A DNA stretch of 64,000 nucleotides, taken from Wenzhouxiangella sp. Its GTDB lineage: Bacteria > Pseudomonadota > Gammaproteobacteria > Xanthomonadales > Wenzhouxiangellaceae. The notes below the pieces were generated by a model, which ran no database searches, was not told the DNA's origin, and saw only the letters and a list, made by a program, of their open reading frames with translations. Below are positions 9,561-17,948 of this stretch, one piece after another. Location: assembly GCA_965655975.1 (NCBI GenBank), contig CBFHIS010000004.1, positions 4,428-68,427 on the forward strand, written 5' to 3'. A program made the position numbers and the translations under genes. The first letter of the stretch is position 1; each line of letters starts with the position of its first letter.

Positions 9561-10451
9561 ATGGTCAAATCAGAAAGACCGCAAACACCTGAGATCACAT
9601 CAGCACTGCAACGAGCTGAACAGGCCCTGCTCGACGGCCTGAATCACGAATTATCTTCGGGCTCACAATTACACAGCGCATTGCGCGATCATTTCAATGC
9701 CGGCGGTGGACGCGTTCGAATGGCGTTGGCTCTTGATGCCAGTCACCGATTGGGACTATCGGCTCATAACGCCCACCAACTGGCAGTAGCCACCGAATTA
9801 CTCCACAACGCTTCCTTGATCCACGATGACCTACAAGACCAGGACCTTACGCGCCGCGGGCAACCCGCCATATGGGCCGCTTACGGCAGCGATGTGGCGA
9901 TTTTGGCTGGGGACTATCTCTTAGCCAGCGCTTTTGGTCAAATCGGCCAGTGCACCTGCGAGGTGCCTGCCTTAATCCAACATCTTCACAAGAGAACATC
10001 TGATCTCATCTATGGCCAGGCACTGGACCTTGCCGCCAATGAGGCGGCCGAGCAGTTTTCGCTGCAACGCTATCGCGAGATCGTCGCTGCAAAATCTGGC
10101 GCGCTGCTCGCCCTGCCCTTGGAGCTGGCCTTGATCGCATCCCACCATGCTCAATCTCTGCCAGTGGCGCAAACCACGGGACAAGCATTTGCTATCGCCT
10201 ACCAGATCTCTGATGACCTCAATGACATTCAATCAGATGCCCGGCACAATTGCTTGAACCTGGTTCATGCGCTCTTGAGTGGCGGTGATGAATATGCTCT
10301 GCATGTCGCCATCACAGAAGGTTCGTTACAGTGTCAATATGCAATCGATATGGCCAACCATTTACCCCATCAATGTGGTGATCTGATGATGCAGCAGGCT
10401 CAACGACTGTTGATTCGTTTCAAGCAAATGAGAGAGACACACAACCCATGA
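9561..10451 (+). CDS. crtE: Geranylgeranyl diphosphate synthase
   Basis: GGRVR, ELLHNASLIHDDLQD (FARM), YQISDDLND (SARM), GQALDL; first gene of the crt cluster. Start taken as ATG 9561 after the terminator. Confidence 0.88.
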   Translation: MVKSERPQTPEITSALQRAEQALLDGLNHELSSGSQLHSALRDHFNAGGGRVRMALALDASHRLGLSAHNAHQLAVATELLHNASLIHDDLQDQDLTRRGQPAIWAAYGSDVAILAGDYLLASAFGQIGQCTCEVPALIQHLHKRTSDLIYGQALDLAANEAAEQFSLQRYREIVAAKSGALLALPLELALIASHHAQSLPVAQTTGQAFAIAYQISDDLNDIQSDARHNCLNLVHALLSGGDEYALHVAITEGSLQCQYAIDMANHLPHQCGDLMMQQAQRLLIRFKQMRETHNP

Positions 10452-11932
10452 GTCATCTTGTCGTGATTGGCGGTGGCTTTGGTGGCATCGCAGCCGCACT
10501 GCGTGCTCGCGCTAAGGGCTATGAAGTGACCTTAATCGATCGCTGCCCAAGACTGGGAGGTCGAGCACAGGTCTTTGAGCGTGCCGGCTATCGCCATGAT
10601 GCAGGACCAACGGTGATCACGGCACCTTTTTTATTCGAAGAATTGTTCGAGCTGTTCGACAAAAACCTCAGCGACTACATCACGCTGGTGCCGCTAAAGC
10701 CCTGGTATCGCTTTCGCTTTAATGATGGCGAGCACTTCGATTATGGCGGCAGCATGGAAGACACGCTCTCAGAAATCAACCGGCTGAGCCCGCCAGATGT
10801 TGAGAATTACAAGAAGCTACTGGAGGATTCCAGAAAGCTTTATGACGTGGGCTTCACCCAACTCTCAGATGCGCCATTCCACAGCTTTTGGTTCATGCTA
10901 AAGCAAGTGCCCCATCTCATTCGCCTCGGGGCGTGGCGTACGGTGTGGCAGATGATCACACGACGTATTGAGAGCGACTATCTGCGACAAGCCTTCTCCA
11001 TACAGCCACTGTTGGTGGGCGGGAACCCTTTCGACACCACCAGTATTTATGGGCTCATTCATTTTCTAGAGCAAGCGCATGGGGTGCACTTTGCCATGGG
11101 TGGCACAGGTGCATTGGTCGATGGTCTCGAAAAGCTGATGCGCGAGGAAGGCATACAAATTCAGCTTGGGACGACTGTTGAAAGCCTCGAAGTTAGAGAC
11201 GAGAAAATCACCCGAATCAAACTCTACGATGAGCAGCATCAAACCAAAGAGATTTCATGTGATGCGGTTGTCTCCAATGCCGATCCGGCCCACTTGTATG
11301 GTGAGTTACTGCCTTCGCAAGCCGTCAAAACATCGGCTCAGATCAAAGTCAGACATGCCAAAAAGTCCATGGGCCTTTTCGTGTTGTTTTTTGGTACACG
11401 GCGCAAATACCCAGACATTGCCCATCACACCATTTGGATGGGTCCGCGTTATCGGGACTTGTTGAAAGACATCTTTCAAAAAAAGATTTTGGCAGACGAT
11501 TTTTCAGTCTATCTGCACCGCCCGACCGCCACCGATGACAGCTTTGCACCCCCCGGATGCGATAGCTTTTATGCACTGGTCCCTGTGCCCAATTTACAGG
11601 CACAAATTGACTGGGACATCGAAGGCCCCAAACTCAGTCAACGGGTCATACAGGCGCTCGAAGACACCATGATGCCGGAGCTTTCAGAACATCTCGAGGC
11701 TGACTTTTACATGACGCCTGAAGATTTTGAGGAGCGCTATCTGTCACCCCAAGGGGCTGGCTTTTCAATCGCGCCCTACTTTAGCCAGTCGGCTTGGTTT
11801 CGGTTCCACAATAAATCAGAAGGCCCAAGTAACCTTTATTTGGTGGGCGCAGGCACTCACCCGGGTGCTGGCATGCCAGGCGTTCTATGCTCTGCCAAAG
11901 TCATCGATCAACTTTTGGAGCCTGCCGCATGA
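10448..11932 (+). CDS. crtI: Phytoene desaturase
   Basis: GGGFGG dinucleotide fold, DAGPTVIT, C-terminal LYLVGAGTHPGAGMPGVL signature. Confidence 0.97.
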   Translation: MSHLVVIGGGFGGIAAALRARAKGYEVTLIDRCPRLGGRAQVFERAGYRHDAGPTVITAPFLFEELFELFDKNLSDYITLVPLKPWYRFRFNDGEHFDYGGSMEDTLSEINRLSPPDVENYKKLLEDSRKLYDVGFTQLSDAPFHSFWFMLKQVPHLIRLGAWRTVWQMITRRIESDYLRQAFSIQPLLVGGNPFDTTSIYGLIHFLEQAHGVHFAMGGTGALVDGLEKLMREEGIQIQLGTTVESLEVRDEKITRIKLYDEQHQTKEISCDAVVSNADPAHLYGELLPSQAVKTSAQIKVRHAKKSMGLFVLFFGTRRKYPDIAHHTIWMGPRYRDLLKDIFQKKILADDFSVYLHRPTATDDSFAPPGCDSFYALVPVPNLQAQIDWDIEGPKLSQRVIQALEDTMMPELSEHLEADFYMTPEDFEERYLSPQGAGFSIAPYFSQSAWFRFHNKSEGPSNLYLVGAGTHPGAGMPGVLCSAKVIDQLLEPAA

Positions 11933-12867
11933 CACACAGCGAAGCAGAAGGGCTTCCCCATCCGCTGGAAATCTTAGCCGAGCATGGCCGTACTTTTCAT
12001 TTCGCCAGTCATCTTTTGGGCGAAACCTATAGAATCCGTGCTGCGCATCTCTATGCATTTTGTCGGTTCGTCGATGACTTGGCGGATAAAGCGCAAGACA
12101 AGCAACTGGCCAAAAAGCGCCTGTTGGCCTTAAAACGAGACCTCACACTCAGAGCATCCACCCAACCACAACTACAGCAGATGCTCGCGTTGATAGAAGA
12201 AACAGGCATGCCGCTGACGCCGGTGACGGCCTTGATCGACGGGGCAATGCAAGACCTTGATCCGGTGGATATCAGCACCGAAGCAGCGCTGATTCAATAT
12301 GCCTATCAAGTGGCTGGGACTGTTGGCTTGATGATGTGCGCCGTGCTCGATGTTAAAGACCCTAAGGCATTGCCTTATGCGATTGATCTTGGGATGGCCA
12401 TGCAGCTCACCAACATTGCACGAGATGTCGGTGAGGACGCCGAGCTGGGACGGGTTTATCTACCCAGTGATTGGGTGGGGTCTTTGAGCGCAGCACAGAT
12501 TTCTGATCCCACGCTCTCTCAAGCGCAAACCCTTCGAGTGGCCACCAGACGCATGCTGTTTTTGGCCGATGAATACTATGACAGCGGGCTCCAAGGCCTT
12601 TACTATTTGCCCAGAGGGGCGCGCTGGGGGATTCTCGTGGCCGCTAAAGTTTATCGCGAAATCGGCTCATTGATCGCCAAAGCCAACTACCAATCTTGGG
12701 ACCGCCGCGCGGTCGTCTCCAAAAGGCGCAAAATAAAAAGGGCCAGCACCGCTATCTTGGCTCACGTTTTGCGGGATCGCTTCAAGAAGCGACACCCCAT
12801 GCACAATCCAGCGCTACACCGAGATTTGCACCGCCACTACGGAGCCAACCAGTCCAAAGCGGCTTGA
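11929..12867 (+). CDS. crtB: Phytoene synthase
   Basis: HGRTFHFAS, YAFCRFVDDLAD, YAYQVAGTVG, QLTNIARDVGED; ATGA overlap with the crtI stop. Confidence 0.95.
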   Translation: MTHSEAEGLPHPLEILAEHGRTFHFASHLLGETYRIRAAHLYAFCRFVDDLADKAQDKQLAKKRLLALKRDLTLRASTQPQLQQMLALIEETGMPLTPVTALIDGAMQDLDPVDISTEAALIQYAYQVAGTVGLMMCAVLDVKDPKALPYAIDLGMAMQLTNIARDVGEDAELGRVYLPSDWVGSLSAAQISDPTLSQAQTLRVATRRMLFLADEYYDSGLQGLYYLPRGARWGILVAAKVYREIGSLIAKANYQSWDRRAVVSKRRKIKRASTAILAHVLRDRFKKRHPMHNPALHRDLHRHYGANQSKAA

Positions 12868-12874
12868 TCACTCA

Positions 12875-14005
12875 GTGGCCGAACCCAAAAAAGTTGATTT
12901 GGTGATCATCGGAGGCGGTTGCGCGGGCCTATCTTTGGGTTCACATTTGGCCAAGGAACCGGTGGTTGAGCGGACACTGATTCTTGAGCCCCGCGAGACC
13001 TACATGAATGACCGGACTTGGAGCTTTTGGGCCCCTCCCAAGCATCCACTCGATCACCTCGTTTCCAAGACCTGGGATCGTTGGTCTTATGGACAACTTG
13101 GATCTGAAGCGCGCGCACACCGCACACCGCAAAGCCCCTACCAAAGCATTCAGAGCATTGACTTTTACGAATCAACAACAGCGGCCATTGCTGCCTCTGA
13201 TCAGGTTGACTTGGCCCTCGGTGAGGGTGTGAATGCGGTTTCGCGCCGAGGTAATGGCTGGCTTGTAAAGACAAGCCAACGCGACATTGAGGCCAGCAAC
13301 GTTATCGACACAAGACCGCCCAGTGAACACCAACTGGCACACACCAAAATGTTTCAGTGCTTTGTTGGCCAGCGCTTGAAAAAAGTCAGCGCGTTCAGAG
13401 CCGATCTGGCCGAGCTCATGACAGACATGGTGGCAGATGACGATGGCTTTTTGTTCAGCTATGTCCTGCCACTGAGCCCTGATGAAGCCTTGGTTGAAGC
13501 GACGCGTTTCTCCAATAAGCCCATGCCTTGGAGGGTCTTATCGGCCGACCTAGATGCCATTAAGTCCCGTCGCGGTTGGTTGGATGCCTCGGTGATAGAC
13601 GAAGAAAAAGGTCGCCTTCCGATGGGGCTACTCCCCCAATCAAGTCCAGATCTCAGCTTGGTCTATGCCGGAACCACTGCTGGCGGACTGCGCGCCGCAT
13701 CAGGCTATGGCTTTATGCGCATCCAGCATTGGGCCAAATGCTGCCATGAAGCCCTTCAAGAAACCAAACAGCCCGTCGGCCATCCACCTGAGCCAAGCTT
13801 TCAAGCCTGGATGGACACATTGTTCTTAGATGTGTTGCTCCAAGAACCCGCCTGTACACCCAAACTATTTAATTCGCTGTATGACAACGCACCGGTGGAT
13901 GCCCTCATTCGTTTCATGTCAGATCAATCCTCGCTCGCAGATAAGCTCAACATCATTCGCTCACTCCCGCCAGGACCATTTTTGCGTACAATGTTTAAGC
14001 GATGA
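12875..14005 (+). CDS. crtY: Lycopene beta-cyclase
   Basis: IIGGGCAGLSL, DRTWSFW, FSYVLP, VEAT, ASGYGF; position between crtB and blh. Confidence 0.88.
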   Translation: MAEPKKVDLVIIGGGCAGLSLGSHLAKEPVVERTLILEPRETYMNDRTWSFWAPPKHPLDHLVSKTWDRWSYGQLGSEARAHRTPQSPYQSIQSIDFYESTTAAIAASDQVDLALGEGVNAVSRRGNGWLVKTSQRDIEASNVIDTRPPSEHQLAHTKMFQCFVGQRLKKVSAFRADLAELMTDMVADDDGFLFSYVLPLSPDEALVEATRFSNKPMPWRVLSADLDAIKSRRGWLDASVIDEEKGRLPMGLLPQSSPDLSLVYAGTTAGGLRAASGYGFMRIQHWAKCCHEALQETKQPVGHPPEPSFQAWMDTLFLDVLLQEPACTPKLFNSLYDNAPVDALIRFMSDQSSLADKLNIIRSLPPGPFLRTMFKR

Positions 14006-14880
14006 ATTGGCCGACTGAAACCCGCTTTTTTGTGCCCATTGCCGCGGTCGCGGCCATCGCTCTTGGCGCGTTCTCCACAGCAATCCCGCCCATCATCCAA
14101 GTGGCTGTGTTGGCTGTGGGCGTGGTACTGCTCGGACTGCCACATGGCGCGCTGGACCCAGCCATTGCTGAACGGGCGGGTTTGGTGCGCTCTGCACCAA
14201 GCCTCTGGGCTTTCAATGCGGGTTACACCGCCGTGGTTTTGGCGGTCATCGCGCTTTGGTGGCTGGCGCCTGTGTTTAGTTTGGCCCTGTTTCTGGCGGT
14301 GAGCGCCTGGCACTTTGCCGGTGACTGGCGGGACACGCTTCCGTGGTGGGCACAAGGCATTGGGGGCGCTGGCTTGCTCTTGCTACCCATTGTCTTTCAC
14401 ACAGAGGCTGTTGCCACGATCTTTGTGGCCTTGTCGGGGCCACAAGGCGCGACACTGGCCCAAGCCTTAGCTCAATTGGGCTGGCTGGTGCCGTTAGCCA
14501 TGCTCGCCGTAGCGGGGTTTGCCATCGTCAAACGGCAATGGGCCAGCGCGCTTGAATTCATGGCGCTGGTGTTGGTGGGCAGTTTGGCGCCACCGCTGGT
14601 GTTTTTCATCATTTATTTTTGCTCGTTGCACAGCCCACGTCACCTCAGAGAGCATTTTCAACAAGCCGACAGACGTGAGCACGGACGCTTGTGGCGCATG
14701 CTTGTGGTCTACACCTTGGCAACGCTCCTTTTGATTATCCCGATGTTGTGGCTCTGGTCGAGTCTCTCGGTGGATGAGACCATTGTGCGGCTGGTCTTTA
14801 TTGGCTTGGCCGCTGTGACTGTGCCCCATATGATGCTCATGGTTTATGCCGAATCTAAGACCTCAACCACCCAATGCTGA
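14002..14880 (+). CDS. blh: Beta-carotene 15,15'-dioxygenase (retinal forming)
   Basis: Membrane protein with GLPHGALD, WHF, LHSPRH and TVPHM His motifs of the Blh/Brp family. Confidence 0.93.
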   Translation: MNWPTETRFFVPIAAVAAIALGAFSTAIPPIIQVAVLAVGVVLLGLPHGALDPAIAERAGLVRSAPSLWAFNAGYTAVVLAVIALWWLAPVFSLALFLAVSAWHFAGDWRDTLPWWAQGIGGAGLLLLPIVFHTEAVATIFVALSGPQGATLAQALAQLGWLVPLAMLAVAGFAIVKRQWASALEFMALVLVGSLAPPLVFFIIYFCSLHSPRHLREHFQQADRREHGRLWRMLVVYTLATLLLIIPMLWLWSSLSVDETIVRLVFIGLAAVTVPHMMLMVYAESKTSTTQC

Positions 14881-16571
14881 AGATTGAGTTGCACTCGAAC
14901 CGCGCCGCGCCAGCGATTCACCTCCAATCGGTAGGTCACATGCCACGGTTGCGGCAATGTCTCGCGAAAGAGCCTGGCGGCTCGAAAGGCGATCGCATCA
15001 ACCACAGGTCCGCCGGCAACGGGCTGTAACTGCAATTTCAGATGCTCGGTGCCAACAATGCGTCGCTCCATGATCATGAACTGCCCATCGAATAACGGTT
15101 CTGGAAAACCCTGCCCCCACGGACCTGCTGCATCAATCGATTGGGCCAAATCGACCGAAAAGCATTGAGCGGGCAATTCTGCATCACTCCGAATCACTTC
15201 CTCACGGGTGGGAATTTGTTCGACTGTCTCGGTGAAGGCCGCCTTAAATGCCTCAAACTGATCGCTTGCAATGGTGAGCCCAGCCGCCCCAGAATGTCCA
15301 CCAAAGCGCTCGATTAATGATGGCCTCATTGTGTCAATCTCAACCAACAAATCGCGCATATGGATCCCTGAGGGGCTTCTAGCAGAGCCTTTTAGCCACC
15401 CCGTCCCATCTTCTTCGGGCGCAAACGCCACCACGGGACGCTGAATGCGCTCAGCCACCTGCCCCGCGACCAGCCCGACAAGTCCTTGGTGCCAAGAAGC
15501 ATCGAACAAACAAGCACCTGGCAGATCGCTGCCCAATTTGGCGGTTAAAACATCTGCCTGCTCCATCGCTTGAGTCTGCATCTCAGCCTGCAAGGCTCGA
15601 CGTTTGATGTTGATTGCATCCAATTGAGAGGCCAGCTCATCCGCCTCAGCCTCTGAAGTGGCGAGCAAACAGCGAACACCTAAGCCCATATCCTCAAGCC
15701 GGCCTGCAGCATTGAGCCGGGGCCCGACGGCATAGCCCAGATCAGACGCCACAACGTATCGGCAATTGCGCTTGGCCACCTCCAACAAGGCACGAATGCC
15801 CGGGCGGGTCTTGCCTTTTTGAATTCGCTTTAAACCCTGCGCAACCAACCGTCGGTTGTTGTCATCCAACACCACCAAATCAGCCACCGTCCCCAAGGCG
15901 ACCAAATCCAACCACTGGTCAAGACGGGGTTCCGGCCATTTTTCAAAATGACCAACTGCGCGGAGATGCTGCCGCAAAGCCACCATGAGATAAAACACCA
16001 CGCCCACCCCAGCCAAGTGCTTTGATGGGAACCGATCACCTTCCAGATTGGGATTGATGATGGCGTCCGCATTGGGGAGAGTCGAGCCTGGGAGATGATG
16101 GTCGGTGACAATCACATCCATGCCACGGCTCTTGGCCAAGGCGACCCCTGCCAACGATCCGATGCCTTGGTCCACTGTTAGCAGCAGATCGGGCAAAGGC
16201 ACATCCAACTCACTGACCAAAAGCTCACTGAGCCCATAGCCATGACGGAAACGATCTGGGATCTTCCACTCTACAGAAGTCGCCCCCATGGCTTGCAAAG
16301 CAGTCACCGCAAGCACGGTGGCGGTGGCACCATCGGCGTCAAAATCACCCACCACCAAAATGCGCTCTTTCTCACGCAGGGCTTGTTCAAGCCGGGCCAC
16401 CGCCGCATCCAGGCCTTTGAGTGTGGGGGGCAGCAATTGTCCCAATGAATAATCGGGCGCTTGATCAAGCCCTCGGGCACGCCACAACGCAGCGAGCACA
16501 TCATCAATCCCAAGCGCGCGCTCACGCGAGGCAAGCGCGTTTAAATTTCTCTTAAGCTTGACCTGACGCAT
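14844..16571 (-). CDS. recJ: ssDNA exonuclease RecJ
   Basis: GDFDADG, RFRHGYG, TDHH (DHH), DLVALGTVAD, GPRLNAAGRL, GGHSGAAG. Confidence 0.97.
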   Translation of the reverse strand: MRQVKLKRNLNALASRERALGIDDVLAALWRARGLDQAPDYSLGQLLPPTLKGLDAAVARLEQALREKERILVVGDFDADGATATVLAVTALQAMGATSVEWKIPDRFRHGYGLSELLVSELDVPLPDLLLTVDQGIGSLAGVALAKSRGMDVIVTDHHLPGSTLPNADAIINPNLEGDRFPSKHLAGVGVVFYLMVALRQHLRAVGHFEKWPEPRLDQWLDLVALGTVADLVVLDDNNRRLVAQGLKRIQKGKTRPGIRALLEVAKRNCRYVVASDLGYAVGPRLNAAGRLEDMGLGVRCLLATSEAEADELASQLDAINIKRRALQAEMQTQAMEQADVLTAKLGSDLPGACLFDASWHQGLVGLVAGQVAERIQRPVVAFAPEEDGTGWLKGSARSPSGIHMRDLLVEIDTMRPSLIERFGGHSGAAGLTIASDQFEAFKAAFTETVEQIPTREEVIRSDAELPAQCFSVDLAQSIDAAGPWGQGFPEPLFDGQFMIMERRIVGTEHLKLQLQPVAGGPVVDAIAFRAARLFRETLPQPWHVTYRLEVNRWRGAVRVQLNLQHWVVEVLDSA

Positions 16572-16579
16572 CTAAGATC

Positions 16580-17497
16580 TCAACCCACTCTCTTCCATAC
16601 TTGCTTTGGCTTGAGTATCCATCGTCTCGATTGTGTGGCCAACTCGGCCTGTTTTAATCGACCCCAACGAACCCGTCGCATCAGCGCTTTCAACGTGATA
16701 TCGAGCTCGGTCAAATTCTGATCGGCGTTGCAATCATTGCGGCCAAGCCACTCGATCATCTCGCCCGCTTTTGGACCGCGCTTTGGCGCCGACACGGATA
16801 CGGGTAAGCCAAGCCAATCAGCCAGCGCCTGAAACTCAGTACTTGATGAGAACAAAGCCTGCAGCCTTGGGGCAGCAATTTTCTCACGGGGAATTTGGCC
16901 CATGCCCCATGGCCAAACGCTATCCCCTCCGGTTAGTGCACCCTGAGATTTCAATTGATGCAGCAAAATTTGGCTTTCACTGATCAGTGCAATCCAGCGT
17001 CTGGCCTCTGGGCCATTGGGCATGAGTTGATCTAGGCTGATGCCTTGAATTTGCCACAAGGGCGAAAAGACCACCTCGGGCTCGCCAACACACGAAACAT
17101 ACATTCGGCCACTCGAGGCGCGCACCAACGAGAAGCCAAAGTCTTTGAAAAGATCGCTGAGCGCATCCACGGTCTCTTGATCGGGTGCTGCGTGAGTCGG
17201 TTGTGCCCAGACCGCATTAAGATCGGGTTGCAAGGACACCAGATCGATTTGAACCAGGGTGTCTGGCCCACAATCTAGATTGTCGATCATGGCATGGAGT
17301 GCCGCTGGCGCAATGGCCTGGCCCAGCATCAGTTCCGCGACATAGGCATCCGATGAAAAGGTCTCGACAGTCCCAGCACTTAGCCAGCGTTTGAGCCCCG
17401 CGGGCACCGTTCGGGCAATGGCCAACCACTGATCGAGTGCGGGGACAAATAAAACCGCCGGCGAACTAGGCTTCGTAGCGGACCTCGAGAATCTCAT
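16580..17497 (-). CDS. Phosphoglycerate-mutase-like protein, positional equivalent of Xanthomonas RpfE
   Basis: Between greA and recJ; [11 protein letters not shown]...DSVWPWGMG resembles that family's conserved segment; start uncertain. Confidence 0.5.
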   Translation of the reverse strand: MRFSRSATKPSSPAVLFVPALDQWLAIARTVPAGLKRWLSAGTVETFSSDAYVAELMLGQAIAPAALHAMIDNLDCGPDTLVQIDLVSLQPDLNAVWAQPTHAAPDQETVDALSDLFKDFGFSLVRASSGRMYVSCVGEPEVVFSPLWQIQGISLDQLMPNGPEARRWIALISESQILLHQLKSQGALTGGDSVWPWGMGQIPREKIAAPRLQALFSSSTEFQALADWLGLPVSVSAPKRGPKAGEMIEWLGRNDCNADQNLTELDITLKALMRRVRWGRLKQAELATQSRRWILKPKQVWKRVG

Positions 17498-17948
17498 AGG
17501 AACGCTGGCCTCCCGGGGCTTCAAACTCGACCACATCGCCTTCTTCTTTCCCAATGAGCGCACGGGCCAGTGGTGCACTGATGCCCAAGCGCCGCTCTTT
17601 GGTGTCGGCTTCCAAGTCACCCACAATCTGCCAAGTCACTTCTTTTTGATCGTCCGCTTCATCGGCCAAGACAACGGTTGCGCCAAAAACGATCTTGGTT
17701 CCAGGGTTGAGCTCAGCCAAATCAATCACGCGAGCGTGGCTGAGTGCTGACTCGAGCTCTTTGATCCGACCTTCAATAAAGCCCTGCTGTTCTCGGGCGG
17801 CATGGTATTCGGCATTCTCTTTTAAATCACCATGCGCTCTGGCCTCAGCAATGGCCTCAATAACCGCAGGACGGTCGACTTTCTTCAGACCATTCAATTC
17901 TTCCCGCAGGCGCTCTGCGCCTTGCTTGGTAATGGGCACTTGACTCAT
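17466..17948 (-). CDS. greA: Transcription elongation factor GreA
   Basis: [14 protein letters not shown] (D41/E44 finger), [12 protein letters not shown]. Confidence 0.97.
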   Translation of the reverse strand: MSQVPITKQGAERLREELNGLKKVDRPAVIEAIAEARAHGDLKENAEYHAAREQQGFIEGRIKELESALSHARVIDLAELNPGTKIVFGATVVLADEADDQKEVTWQIVGDLEADTKERRLGISAPLARALIGKEEGDVVEFEAPGGQRSYEILEVRYEA

